The notes under the pieces are model-generated. The model was not told the DNA's origin and made no database searches. It worked only from the letters and a program-made list of their open reading frames with translations. DNA of 63,755 nucleotides, the filler included, from Olpidium bornovanus S191 (lineage: Eukaryota > Fungi > Olpidiomycota), in assembly GCA_017911155.1 (NCBI GenBank). It is 28 parts of 28 records of this genome, joined end to end, with 100 filler letters (N's around TTAATTAATTAA, not from the genome) between each part and the next. Parts side by side here need not be neighbours in the genome. Positions count along the whole stretch, not along the records: positions 1 to 1,415 come from JAEFCI010008697.1; positions 1,516 to 2,617 come from JAEFCI010007826.1; positions 2,718 to 4,672 come from JAEFCI010011320.1; positions 4,773 to 7,658 come from JAEFCI010010407.1; positions 7,759 to 9,123 come from JAEFCI010004077.1; positions 9,224 to 12,658 come from JAEFCI010012207.1; 22 more parts are not named here. One strand, given 5' to 3'. Numbering within the stretch: position 1 is the stretch's first letter; the number at the start of each line of letters is the position of its first letter. Below, piece after piece: positions 1 to 11,308 of this stretch. The translations under genes were made by a program, and so were the position numbers.

Positions 1-1
1 C

Positions 2-676
2 CCCAACGCGTCTGCGGCGGCGCTGGAGCTGCTGCTCGCTCTGGCAGAATTCGACGGGCGAATTGTCGGGTCCGCGGACAACGCGTGCGGGGGTCCCGGG
101 TCCGGTTTCCTCGGCCGCAGGTTCATGGAGGACGCTTGGCCCGCAGTGAAGGCGTGGTTGCGGCGCCGGTCGCCTGCGGCGCGGGCCGATGCCGGTGTGA
201 ATCCGCTCGGCGAAAGGTTCACGTCGGCGTACCGCCTACGCCTGCTGTGCCTCCGCGTGGTGGGGAGGGTGATCGAGACCGGCGCGGTACGGCCGGTCCA
301 CCACGCGGACGTCCGGGCGGTGTGCTCCGAGGTCGCCGCCTGCCTGTGCGCCCGGTGCCACGACGCGCAGACGAGGTCTGCGGCTCTGGAGGTGCTTCGC
401 GCCCTCGCCGACGCGGGCTTCTCGGACGAGGTTTGGCTCACCGCTCTCGGCATGGGAAAGGTCGCGTTGCCCCTCTGGGGAGAAGGCCTGGATCTGGCCG
501 AGCCGATCTTCGGGGGCTCGGGAAAGGTGGTTTCGCCGCAAGTCCGCGTTTGCCCGCCGTGGCAGCGGCCGTCCGTCTGCTGCGCCCGGGTCGTATGCGC
601 TGCCTGCTCGCCGAAACCGCCGCTCGTCGACGAATGCGAGGGGCTGCGCCTCGCGCAAATCGTAGGCCTCGAATAG
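2..676 (+). CDS. TTI1: TTI1 (TEL2-interacting protein 1) C-terminal repeat region, 5' partial
   Basis: Frame open from base 2: ..GSGFLGRRFMEDAWPAVKAWL..FTSAYRLRLLCL..AACL..AALEVLRAL..DEVWLTAL. This matches the TTI1 C-terminal pattern GDFLRSRFxKDVxPKL..HTLAFKLQLAVL..AARSVFLHL..DSTWFLL. Confidence 0.75.
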   Translation, partial: PNASAAALELLLALAEFDGRIVGSADNACGGPGSGFLGRRFMEDAWPAVKAWLRRRSPAARADAGVNPLGERFTSAYRLRLLCLRVVGRVIETGAVRPVHHADVRAVCSEVAACLCARCHDAQTRSAALEVLRALADAGFSDEVWLTALGMGKVALPLWGEGLDLAEPIFGGSGKVVSPQVRVCPPWQRPSVCCARVVCAACSPKPPLVDECEGLRLAQIVGLE

Positions 677-1279
677 GCGGAACGACTTTCGGGGGCTGTT
701 GATTCGCTCGGGGGCCGCAACCGACGTTGACACGACGCTCCAAAACGTATGTCGCCGCTTGCCGATTTTAGTAGGGAGCCGCGCTCTGCATTTCGGAAAA
801 TGTGCGGGGAGGGGGGGGTTCCTTTGCCGCCCGCGTTCCAGCCGGAGGAGGCGGAGGGAAACGATCTACCGGCTGCCGCCGATCGTGACGATCCACCCAA
901 AGGCGGTTTTCGTACGGGGAGACACGGGATGCGTCGAGAACGACGCCGTGCGGGCCGCGGACGGCTTCGAACTGTCGCCCTCACCTCACGCGGAACGTCT
1001 AAAGGCCCGCCCCCCCCCCCCCCCCTTCCCCCCTCTTGGCCAGGCAGCAGCCAACCTGTACAACCTGTGCGCGACGCGACGGTCAACCACTTCGGGACGT
1101 CCCACAGGGGGAGCTATGTCGCCGTCGGCCGGGACGCGCCTCGTCGCCGAAAGAACCGCGTGGCGCCTTGTTCAACGACGCGCGTCTTTGATATTGCAAG
1201 AGAAAGCAAAAAAATAAAAAAAAAAAAAAAAACAAAAAAAAAAAGAACGAGGCGAGGCGGCGACGGGGGGGGGGATGGT

Positions 1280-1314
<35 letters not shown>

Positions 1315-1556
1315 GGGGGGGGGGGGGGGGGTGTGAGAGCGAGAGAACGGGGCGAGCGAGAGCGTGTCTGCGTGCGTGCGGGCGGGGCGGATCATTGCGT
1401 GTACATTCAAGAAGANNNNNNNNNNNNNNNNNNNNNNNNNNNNNNNNNNNNNNNNNNNNTTAATTAATTAANNNNNNNNNNNNNNNNNNNNNNNNNNNNN
1501 NNNNNNNNNNNNNNNAGAAAAAAAAAACCGGCCCGCACGTTTTTTTTTAAACACAG

Positions 1557-2223
1557 CAATATTCGGCGACAGCGCCATCCCCAGTTTCTTTGACGTCCTT
1601 TCGGTGAAGGCCGACAAGGTTCCGCCAGATTACATGGGGTTCGGTATCGACATTTTTGGCGGATCGCTGCACCTGAACGGTACGCGCGAAGTTGCCTTTA
1701 CGAGTCCGTTCCCCATCCCCCCCCCCCCCCCCCCCCCCCCGCCCCTCCCTCCCCTTCCCGTCGGCCTGAAATCGATTCCAAGAGAGGGAAAGAGAGCAGC
1801 TCTAGAGAGAGAGGGAGAGGCCAGCGGACCGAAGGGCGTGATAATTTTTTTGTTCTTTGAAAGCGGCCGTTTTATCCCCATTCCGAATGGGCATCAAAAA
1901 CCATGTGTATTCCTTACCTCTCTCTCTCTCCCCCACCCCCACCCCCAACTCACCGCCGGCGTGCCGGGAAAAAAAAAGGGATTCCGCCGCAGATCGCGCG
2001 GCGGGTCGTCTGGTCGCAACCGCCACCGTACTCCGTCCCCGTGTGCTACCTCGCGTGGTCGGACCCCGTATCTCCGCCGGCCGCGTCCGCCTCCTTCTAC
2101 GGCGTCCTGTACGACCTGTCGTTCGGCGGCGTCAAACTCCTGGGAGGCGTGACCAACTCGTACGCGTTCGCCCCCGACCTCACCGAACATTGCCTGGTTT
2201 TGCCCGGGACGGTTTTCCACGCG
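1557..2223 (+). CDS. Pepsin-like (A1) aspartic peptidase-fold protein, two internal exons (1557-1679, 1979-2223); second catalytic motif degenerate
   Basis: Spliced translation PSFFDVL..FGGSLHLNGIPPQIARRVVW..FYGVLYDLSFGGVKL..APDLTEHCLVLPGTVFHA follows BACE/pepsin spacing (PFFDSL..GGSMIIGGID..YYEV..NGQDL..VDSGTTNLRLPKKVFEA). The GT-AG intron 1680-1978 restores the frame, and codons are GC3-rich. Confidence 0.6.
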
Positions 2224-3726
2224 GTCAGTCGCAGGGGGAAGGGCCGGCGTAAAGGAAAAGGGGGGGAAGATTGATTTGATTTCATTCCTTTTTCTCTTTT
2301 TACCGTCGGGATGTCCTTTTTGCCCTTGTTTTGTTCGAAAGAAGGGATGGGGGGGGGGGGGCCGGTGTTTGTTTGGCATTTGGTTTGCAGACGGTAGCGC
2401 GTTTGGAAGAACGACGCAGCACATCCACGGGGAACGGGGGGCTGGTGGTAATTTCATCGTTTGTTTTTCATCACTATTATTATTATTAATTTTTCAGTTT
2501 AGCCACGCCTCTTCCTCGTGTGGAAACGGCGGGCGGGCAGATGACGACGGACGGTCTTTTCACACTCGCCCGGAGGATTTCCATGACACGAAAACGACAC
2601 CTGCCGGGTGACTTCCGNNNNNNNNNNNNNNNNNNNNNNNNNNNNNNNNNNNNNNNNNNNNTTAATTAATTAANNNNNNNNNNNNNNNNNNNNNNNNNNN
2701 NNNNNNNNNNNNNNNNNCATGGCAACCAAGCCTTTTCTTTCTTGCGGTCATTGGAATTTAAGTGGGATTTGATGCTCAGCTTCTGACTTTTCGCCGACTG
2801 ATGTTTTCTCGTGACGCTTCCCTCAGCTTTTCCTTTGCAGCACTGTCTCGTGTGAGCTAGCGGAATGCTGCAGCACCGCGCATTCCATCCTGCCGCTAAC
2901 GGCGATACTTGCCGCGAGTCTGCTGGATCTGTACTGCGTCAGACCGGGAGAGTAATCCGCTTGCACGGCGGAAGCAACCCTTTCTGGCAACTTCAAAAGC
3001 GCGACGAGTTTCCGTCAAATTTTTCCATAGAGCTTGCGGCTCGCTTGGACAACCACCCGAAATGCAATTTTACGCACTGAAACGCATCTGTGCCCGATAC
3101 GGAATTCATTACGCTTCTGTGAGCTGCGCTCAGTTAGAGGTGACATCAGGGTCATCGTTAAGCTCTGAGGGGACTTTTTTGATCCTGACCCCTCGAATGC
3201 TCAGAGAACACCTTTACGTTTATTGCGTTAACATTAAGGAGCTCTATTCTGGAGCGCCTTTCAATCGAATGGCTAGCAGCGGCATACAACTACAGATGGT
3301 AGGGGCATATATCTACAGAAGGCGTTCCGGATCTCCAAAGTGGTCGGCGACCTGCCATTCCTAAGGCTGACCGAGCCACAATAGCTCCCTGTTTTTCAGC
3401 CGACCAAAAGTTACCTTCTGTTCCCAGAGAGCCAGCAGCCTCTGGGCAAACGGACCGCCGTGTCGAAAGTCGTGTCTGGTGAGAACCAGTTAACGGGTTC
3501 AAATTCACCAAAACTCGGCGTGGCACGTGTCTGCAACTGCGGGTCTGCAGCTGTTACGTGGCAGCCGTGCCGTTCCCCGTTCTGCGGTTGTACCGCCTAG
3601 GGCGTTGGCCGCGGTGTGGCCACGGTGTGAGGAAGGTGTCAATCGCCGCGTGGCGCGGTGTGTGGGGCTGCTTTCGGGTGTGCTTTTTGCTCCTATACGA
3701 ACGAAGCAAGGCGGCTGGAGACGGAT

Positions 3727-4672
3727 ATGCCGAAGGTCGCAGTCGTCGGAGGTGGCATCGCCGGCCTTCTCCTGGCCCTGGGCTTGAAGACGAAGCTGGG
3801 CATCACGGCAGCCGTGTACGAGCAGGCCCCCGCGTTCGGTGAGAGGCTCCACGAGAGGACGAGGGCAAATCAACAAGACGTTGGCCCCTAAAGCCAGCTG
3901 TCAAACCTATCCTGCTAACCAGCTTCTTGCGGCCTTTGCGTGATCTAGATGAAGAAGTTGGCGGAGCTATCGGCCTCTATGCCAACGGGCAGCGGGTGAT
4001 CAGGGACATCAGCCCGAAACTGCACGCCGAGATCAGGGCTGCGGGGGTGCCGTTCGTTTACCGAAGGTGGTTGCGCCACGATGGTTCGGAAGTGGCCGTA
4101 GGCAGGGAACGCTGCCTCCTAGACGCGTCGGTCGCGGAAGACGAAGCCGCGGAGCTGAGCAGCCTTGGCATCCGGAGGTGGAGGTTGCAAAAAGCTCTCA
4201 GGCAGGCCGCCGACGACGCGCGTATACCATTGGTGTTCGGAAAGAGGGTAGAAAAGGTCGAGGACCTCGCCGCCGGCCCCGCGGAGCCGTACACGAAAGG
4301 CGCCGTCCTCCATCTCAGCGACGGCACGTCCGTCACCGTCGATCTCGTTTTTGGATGTGATGTGGGTACATACGAGTCGGCCGAGCTTGACCGCGACCCG
4401 GTTAGAATAAACGGCGCGCAGAGTCCGATGCAAAAGCACGCGTGGACTAAACCCCGAACGTCGCCTGACAGGGCCTCCGGTCTGCCGTACGGACTTCGCT
4501 TTTCGGGAAAGACGATCCGCCGTACACGGGCGTCACGTGTCTGATGGGCTCGGCGAAGATGCCGCGTTGTGAACCAGGGATCTGCTTTCCGTCGTCAAGC
4601 ACTACAAGGTGTCACGCATGCTTCTATCCCACGGGCGCCAACGAGCAGGTCTTCCAGATTTTCCTGAACATG
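3727..4672 (+). CDS. FAD-dependent monooxygenase (flavin aromatic hydroxylase family), multi-exon, 3' partial
   Basis: MPKVAVVGGGIAGLLLALGL..YEQAPAF / intron 3839-3948 with CTAAC branch site / DEEVGGAIGLYANG..RRWRLQKAL..DLVFGCD. This includes the GxGxxG and DG-motif regions. A later exon reads GICFPSSSTTRCHACFYPTGANEQVFQIF up to the contig end. Confidence 0.9.
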
Positions 4673-5808
4673 NNNNNNNNNNNNNNNNNNNNNNNNNNNN
4701 NNNNNNNNNNNNNNNNTTAATTAATTAANNNNNNNNNNNNNNNNNNNNNNNNNNNNNNNNNNNNNNNNNNNNCCCGCCCCCCGTTCCCCGGTTTGTATGA
4801 TAACATCGCGCATGGGAGCGAAGCGCATCACGCGGGGCACGCAGGCCCCGGACGCGCGTGAACGCGAAGGCGAAGGACGGAGGGACAGCAAAAGCGAGCC
4901 CCCCGAAAGGCCAGCGGGCGAACCAGAATTAACTGCCGTGTGCATATGTCATCACAAGTGTACATCTATATTCTCCAGAGAGTGAGCTCCGGAATCCCTG
5001 AAACCTCCGCACTTGGAACCAGTGGTTTTTTTGTTGCACGCCCCTTCGTGCCCTGAGACAGCCGGAGGGGCAACGCGTTTTTGCGAGCATCTTTCCTAGA
5101 TTTCGTTTCTTTTGTGTTTGAACGTTTGCATGCGCGCGCGTGTGCGTGGGTGGTTCTGTGTGTTTGGAAAGGCTGGGAATAGGAGGGGCGCGGGCCCGGC
5201 TTCCGCCAGCCGTTTTCACACGGCCTTGACCAAATGAACGTGTTATTGGGTTCCTCCAGTTCACCAGCAGAACAAACTAAACAGGAACAAACTAAAAAAA
5301 GGCTCCCAGCACAGCACTTGTCTGTTGTTGGCGGCGGCGGCGGGTGGTTGTTTTTTTCTTTTTATTCGCTGGGCGGCCGTACCAGCCGCCGTCGATTCAC
5401 GCGCAGCACGGGGCAGGGATCTCGCGCCCGCGCGCGGCTCTTCCTGTCTGCGCCGCTGCAGAACCCCCCCCTTCTCTCCCGCTTCCCCCCACCCCCCCCC
5501 CCTCCCCTCTCGCCCGCCTAACGAAACGGGACGAGGAGGAAGAGGGGAAGGAGGAGGCGCAGGAGGAAAGAGAATAGGGGGAGTAAGTGGGCGGTGGACC
5601 CCGCTGGACTGGAGTGCGGGGAGGGGGGAAGGGGCGTGGGCGTTTCTGCGGAGGCAGCGCGCGGGGGAAAAGGTTTCCTGCCGCGGCGGCCTCCTCGGTG
5701 CCGCCGGGGGTGTCTGGCGGCGTGTTTTTTTTTTTTTTCGGCGGACGGACGCGCCTTCTCTGGTCGGCCCGCCTTCCCGCTTCGCCACCGCACGCACTCG
5801 ACAAAATG

Positions 5809-5849
<41 letters not shown>

Positions 5850-5951
5850 CCCCCCCCCCCCCCCCCCCCCACTTCCCCTCCCCCTCCGCCAGCGCCGCCA
5901 ACCCGCCCGCTCCGCGCCGTTCCCTCTCCCACGACGCGCGCCCGCAGACAC

Positions 5952-7259
5952 ATGGCCGGCGCGCTGCCTCCGTGCCTGCCTTCGGCCGCCGGCCGCCGTC
6001 GCAAAAGCCCGCTCGGCGCTGCGGCGCGTTTTCCCCTCGACTGCGCCGCCGGCCCCGGCCCCGGCGACGGCAGGCCTAAGAGGAGACGCCCCCACGACGA
6101 CGACGACGCGGGCGCCGGCGACCGCTTCCGCGACCGCTGCCGTATCCCGCTGCCGGCAAAGAAACGCAAGCTGCCCCTGGGTATGGCCAGGCTCATCGCC
6201 GAGGCCGGCCTCGTCATCCACCCTGCCCTGCATCCCCCCGTGATCCACCCCGCACCGTACAACGCCGCCCCGCCACCGCCGCCGCCGCCGCCGCTGTCCG
6301 AGCGCTCCCGCGCGCCAGCCCTGCCCTCCCCCGTAACTTGCCGCGCGGCCGCCGCTGTCGCGGACCTCCCCTGGACCCGGCCGGCTGTCGGCGCCGCCCG
6401 CCCCGCCGCCGGCGCGTCCGCCGCCCCGCGTTCTGCGGGCGCGCCGCTAGACGCGGACGCCACCCCGCCCGGGACCCCTCCGCTTCGCGTCGTGGTGGGG
6501 GCCCCGCTGCCGACCAAGGCCGCCGCGCCGCTCTCTCACGCCGCCCGCGCCCCCGGACCCCTGGAGCCGTCGCCGCCCGGCGGAGCAGGGGCCTGCGCGT
6601 CTTCGTCTCCGGACGGCGGCGCCGCTTCGGCGCTCTCGCTGCCGCCCGGCACGGACGCCGTCGCCGCCGCGTCAGGAGGACCTTGCGCGTCGCCGCTTTC
6701 TGTCGACGCCCCACGCTGGCCGTTGCCGAGTTCCCCTTGGGCCTGGAAGGAGGGAGAAGAGAGCAGCAACAGCAGTGCTCCGCCCGCCGAACGGCCGGTC
6801 GCCGGCGACGCTGCGGCCCCTTGGCACGGCCCAAAGGAGGAGAGCAGTCAGTCCGCAGGCCGACCGGTCGCCGGCGGAACTGCAGAAGCCCAGGAGCGGC
6901 CTGCGTGCTTGCCCGCGGAGCGTCCGTCCGTTCCGTCCTGGCCGCCGCGCTCGTCGTTGCCCGGGTCTACCGCCCGACTTCACAAGTGCTCCAGTTGCCC
7001 CGCCGCGTTCGCGCGCGGCCACGACCTGCGCCGGCACCAGAACACCCACACCAGCGTCCGCGACCACGGGTGCACCATCTGCGGCCGCAGGTTTTCCAGG
7101 CGGGACGCCCTCCGTCGCCACATGGGTGTCTGCGGGGTTCAAAAGAAGATGGGGGGGCCGGGAACGCGGAAGCGATCGGCTGCAAAGAAAGCCGTTTTGT
7201 ACGCGAGGAACGACGGCGTGTCGTACTCGGGAACGAAGAGGACGAAGATCGCCAAGTGA
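5952..7259 (+). CDS. C2H2 zinc-finger transcription factor with Pro/Ala-rich N-terminus
   Basis: Two C-terminal fingers: HKCSSCPAAFARGHDLRRHQNTH and HGCTICGRRFSRRDALRRH. The in-frame ATG at 5952 follows homopolymer runs; the exact start is uncertain. Confidence 0.88.
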   Translation: MAGALPPCLPSAAGRRRKSPLGAAARFPLDCAAGPGPGDGRPKRRRPHDDDDAGAGDRFRDRCRIPLPAKKRKLPLGMARLIAEAGLVIHPALHPPVIHPAPYNAAPPPPPPPPLSERSRAPALPSPVTCRAAAAVADLPWTRPAVGAARPAAGASAAPRSAGAPLDADATPPGTPPLRVVVGAPLPTKAAAPLSHAARAPGPLEPSPPGGAGACASSSPDGGAASALSLPPGTDAVAAASGGPCASPLSVDAPRWPLPSSPWAWKEGEESSNSSAPPAERPVAGDAAAPWHGPKEESSQSAGRPVAGGTAEAQERPACLPAERPSVPSWPPRSSLPGSTARLHKCSSCPAAFARGHDLRRHQNTHTSVRDHGCTICGRRFSRRDALRRHMGVCGVQKKMGGPGTRKRSAAKKAVLYARNDGVSYSGTKRTKIAK

Positions 7260-7782
7260 GTGTTTCCTCCAGTTGCGTGCGTTTTCTGCCTCTTTCTGTG
7301 TTTGCTTTGCCCCTCTGTCCCAAATCGTTTCCTAACGCCGGCCCCCGTTGTGCCGCGTCACGCAAATAACTGCTCAGCTGTCACACATGCTGAAACCTCT
7401 TCCCCGCGAGGCCTAGATATTTTAGCCGTTTCCAGCGTTCTATTCATGTTTCTGCGGCCGCGTCCGCCGCGGTCCGGCAGGTAAATCGCTGGTCGACTTA
7501 TCCGCCTCTCGTGGTTCTGTGCCCATCGCTGCGCACCTTGACCCCCCCCCCTTCCTCTTTCTCACATGCACACAAACACATCGCCGATGTTGCGGAACGG
7601 AACCAATTTGTGAGAGCGAAATTAGTCACTGGTCTTCGCTTATCTTACATTGCCCACCNNNNNNNNNNNNNNNNNNNNNNNNNNNNNNNNNNNNNNNNNN
7701 NNTTAATTAATTAANNNNNNNNNNNNNNNNNNNNNNNNNNNNNNNNNNNNNNNNNNNNCATGCAACAGCGAGAGGTACTTAC

Positions 7783-9123
7783 GCGAAGTTGAACGTGGAG
7801 CAGAAGTCTGCAGTCTGCGGATCGAATTGGGGGTCGTAACCTTCGTTTTTGATCAGCGGCACGTAAACCACGGTGCACCCGGGGTCCGGCGGCTTTGTGG
7901 CAGGTCGCTCCTCCACGATCACGTCTGCGGGCGTGGTCGTCCTGTCGATGTCCTCGCCCTTATCTGCTGCCGCTGGCACCTTGTCTTGCGGCGGCTCCCA
8001 CACGACGACATTGAGCTTCCCTCGACCATCCCAGTCGGAGATTTCTGGGATGCCAACCCGCCGGCCGAGCCGCTTGGCGTACGACGCTGTCCTCTCGAGG
8101 AAGTCGTGCTCGGTGATATCATTGGAGGAATCGATGACCACCATCACGTCCACTTGACGTTCCGGACGAATTAGCGACGGTACGGATAGGTTGTTCAGGA
8201 GGCCCGCGTCCTGTTGTTAAGTCACCAAACGATGAAAGAACGAGGAAATCGTGGCCCAACAAATTTGTCAGTTAATGGCCTTTTTGAAATGGACGGACGC
8301 GGACGGGGGAGGGGGGGGGGGGGAGGGGGGGGGCGGTTCCAAGCGCCATTTGCGCCTGGAAAAAGGGAGAAATTGCGATGCCGCCACAACGCCAAAAAGT
8401 GACCGCGTTCTGCCGGCCAATAAAAATCACGCGACCGCAGTTCCCGGTCCGGCGCGTTGGTCCTCTCACTCGTCTTTTTAGAATCGCTTAGCGAGAATCG
8501 CTTAGCGTCGTACCATGAGATAAATGTTGTCGGCCTCACACAACGAATCAACATCATCGGCTTTCGTGCGGTGGCTCGGCGCGCTTTTATCGGCGCGCTG
8601 GCCATTGCGGGTGCCGGCGTCGACGGGCATGGCGGCTCCTTCGCCGGCGGGCGCGTTTTCGGCTTCTCCCGCCGCCTTTTCTCCTTCGTCCGCGCGTTCG
8701 GCCTCTGCATCGTGGTCCTTCAGTTCCGCCAAAAACCGGGCCCGCGGCGGGGCGTGCGCCGGAAGCCGCTCTGGTAATTCCCGCGGGTCCAGGCCCTTGA
8801 ACGGGTTATACCACCCGGAAGGCGTGACCAGCGGGATTGCCGCAGCCTTGCTGAACTGCTTAGAAGCGCACGTGAAATGTTGGAAAGCGTATGATGGGGA
8901 TTACGGGGAAACACGCGATACATTCAGGTCCGGCTGACTGATTCGGCGCGAATCGAGACCCCGCCGCAATTCGCAGGCTTGGATGAATTAGCGGGGCCAA
9001 TCTAGTATAATACGCACTTCTGCAAAGATACCATCCGTTTGCGCTGTCCACACAGACGGTAACAACGATCGGAATTCATCATAGGCTTGGGCGGCGTTGG
9101 CGCAGAAGGCGGAACCGAACATG
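7783..9123 (-). CDS. Lysophospholipase / cytosolic PLA2 (PLA2_B) catalytic domain, partial, at least 3 exons
   Basis: Exons encode MFGSAFCAN (contig end), WYNPFKG..DNIYLM (to 8514) and DAGLLNNL..LIRPERQVDVMVVIDSS..YVPLIKN..DFCSTFNF (8210-7783). These match cPLA2/PLB motifs GSAF, DAGLxxN, RxVDLI and STFNF. Confidence 0.85.
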
Positions 9124-9223
9124 NNNNNNNNNNNNNNNNNNNNNNNNNNNNNNNNNNNNNNNNNNNNTTAATTAATTAANNNNNNNNNNNNNNNNNNNNN
9201 NNNNNNNNNNNNNNNNNNNNNNN

Positions 9224-9570
9224 AAGACGCCAGGGTCTGTTTGTTCGAGGGAGGGTTCTATCGGTTCGAGAGGTGCGTGCGAAGCTTGGGTTTTCGGGTG
9301 TGTAATTTGGATTTTCGACACGAAGATTTGGTGCGGTACCATGGTTACCAAACCTAGACAGACAACGTGGTGAGCTGGAGAGAACAAGCTGGAAGTAATG
9401 TAAGTGTCCATGAACATACAAGGCTCAATGTCTTTGTATAATGAGCATGAGCGATAATCATTCTTCCAGGCCTGGCCAGTTGATGACGAGATCTCCCGGT
9501 GCGGTGTAAAATCTGTGGCGGTATGTCCCATACAATGTGTGTGTGCCAGGGCACGCAGGGCGCCTTCCAT
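9224..9570 (-). mobile_element. Degenerate Ty3/gypsy-like integrase relic (frameshifted)
   Basis: Ordered remnants across frames: AHTHCMGH, NWPGL, RSCSLYK, PCMFMDTYIT, VVC..TMVPH, EQTDP. They resemble the H2C2 zinc-binding domain followed by the rve core (WPGM, MDFIT, VVVDR..KMAHF, SDRDP). Confidence 0.4.
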
Positions 9571-10369
9571 CAGAAATCCAAGGTCACCAGACCTTGGCGG
9601 CCAGGGGCACCGTGTGCACGCTCAGGCGGTGAGCCAGTACAGCCGGCACACCGACACACCCGCGTGCACACCACACACGTGGACACGCCGCGCTTGCGCA
9701 AGGGACTCTGACTACGAGCCGTCAAAAGGGCGCGGGCTATACGCCTACGCGCCTATAAAAGATCCAGAACCTCATAGTTCCAGATAGAGCCCCAGAGCCA
9801 AAAGGCTCACACCTCGATCCCGATCCCGATCCCGTCCTCGAACCTCGAGCTAGACTTATGTTTTTTCCCGACAAGTTGTCTTCCTGATCGCACCAAAAGC
9901 ACACGACAGTAAAGAAGTTTGTTACATGGTAGCAACGCATTTCAGATCTTAAGAAAAGAAACATGGCCCCAAACAACCTCAACGACCAGCGACTTGGCAA
10001 CGCTAATTGCTATGGGTAGTCGAGTACAATCTTCGGGCCGCCACCGGCGGAGCCCCCCCCCCCCCCCCCCCTCCCCCCCGCCCCGCGCGCGCCCCCGGCC
10101 CTCTTCCCCTTTTTCCCCTTCCCATGCCAAAAGAACGGGGGGGTATCTTGTCCGTCCGGTATTCCTCGTTTAAAACCAGGCTGCGGGATCACCGAGGCGC
10201 CCGTCTCTTCCCCTCCTCCTCCCCCCCTCTCCCCACCCAGCTCCCCCCACCCCCTCCCCCCTTTTGCCGCCGTTTCCGCAATTTTTCGTTTCCTTTCTCT
10301 CTCTCCCCTTCTCCCCCTTCCCCTTCTTATTTTGTCTTATTTTCCCGCTTGCGCTCTCCGCGCGGAGAG

Positions 10370-10597
10370 CGTTTTAGCACGCGGCTCAGCATCGTCTTGT
10401 CGGGCTAGCCCGTCGAGCAGGATCAGCCTCTGCAAGGTCCGCAGCGCCTCCCGCAATTCCGCAAAACTGCTGTTCGGCGCGGCCAGCAGCTTCTGCAAAA
10501 TTGCGGCCGCCGGGCTCTGCTGGTCAGCGGAGGCCGGCGGCTTCACCGCGGCCAGCGAGCTCTGATTCGGAAGTGGTGGGGGACGGAGGGAAGCCAA
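10370..10597 (-). CDS. BUB2/Cdc16-like TBC GAP, N-terminal exon
   Basis: ILQKLLAAP..LREALRTLQRLILLDGL resembles the Bub2 N-terminus (LISNPP..LSQLRYLILSEGLP). No ATG is visible at the ORF start, and downstream exons were not identified. Confidence 0.5.
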
Positions 10598-10619
10598 ATG
10601 ATGTGGGTGTGTGCGCGCA

Positions 10620-10935
10620 ATTTCCTTTATTCGATTTTATTTTTAGTTGTTTTGCCCGCGAGAAAAGTTAAACGCAAAAAAATAAAATAAAATAAAATAA
10701 AATAAAAATTGAAGTCAAAACTCTATAAAAATCAGAACCATCGAAACAAAACATCAAAAGAAAAGATCGAAAAGGTAAAATCGAAACAAAAATTAAAACG
10801 AAAATTAAGACAGAAATCAAAGCAACAAAATCAAAACAAAATCAAATCCAGAAAATCAAATTAGAGAAAATCAACCAAAAAAATCAAAGTAAGATAAATT
10901 CAAATATAAAAAGATCAGAATGGAAAAATCAAACA
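10620..10935. promoter_or_regulatory. A-rich low-complexity tract (AAAAT/AAAATC units) between the divergent BUB2-like and tafazzin genes
   Basis: Sharp drop in GC in an otherwise GC-rich contig; the flanking genes point away from it. A promoter role is inferred. Confidence 0.35.
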
Positions 10936-11308
10936 AAAGAATCGCTTAACGGCCGCGAAGCCCACCCACGCGGCTGCACGCGACCTTTGGGCCCCGTCCA
11001 CAGCAACCCCCGCAGCCGCCGCCCGTAACGCTGCTGCTTGCTGCTTGCCTGTTTTTGCCGCCGCCGGCTGCCGCTCGAAGCAGCGCAGGAACTTTGGCGC
11101 GCACCGCGCTCCGCGCGGGGTGCGCAGGGCCGGCGCGCGCAGGACTGCTCTCGCACCCGTGCGTCTTCCCCGCGCGGGCTTGGCCCCCCCCCCCACTCCC
11201 CCCGCCGACCCGGCTCTCCCCGCCAGGGACGCTCGCGCGGGGTCGAGACCGGGGGATCTATAACAAACGGGCGCATACCAAAAAAAAAAAAAAAAAAAAA
11301 AAAAAAAC

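Noticed and set aside
2909-3364. ORF with CWIC and other Cys residues as a zinc finger
   Set aside because: Ligand spacing is not recognisable, there is no ATG start and the codon bias is not host-like.
5261-6517. Long minus-strand ORF (similarly 28863-30341, 32292-33755, 39947-41155, 51193-53073)
   Set aside because: These are shadow or off-frame ORFs of GC-rich genes, with Arg/Gly/Pro-rich and homopolymer-derived translations.
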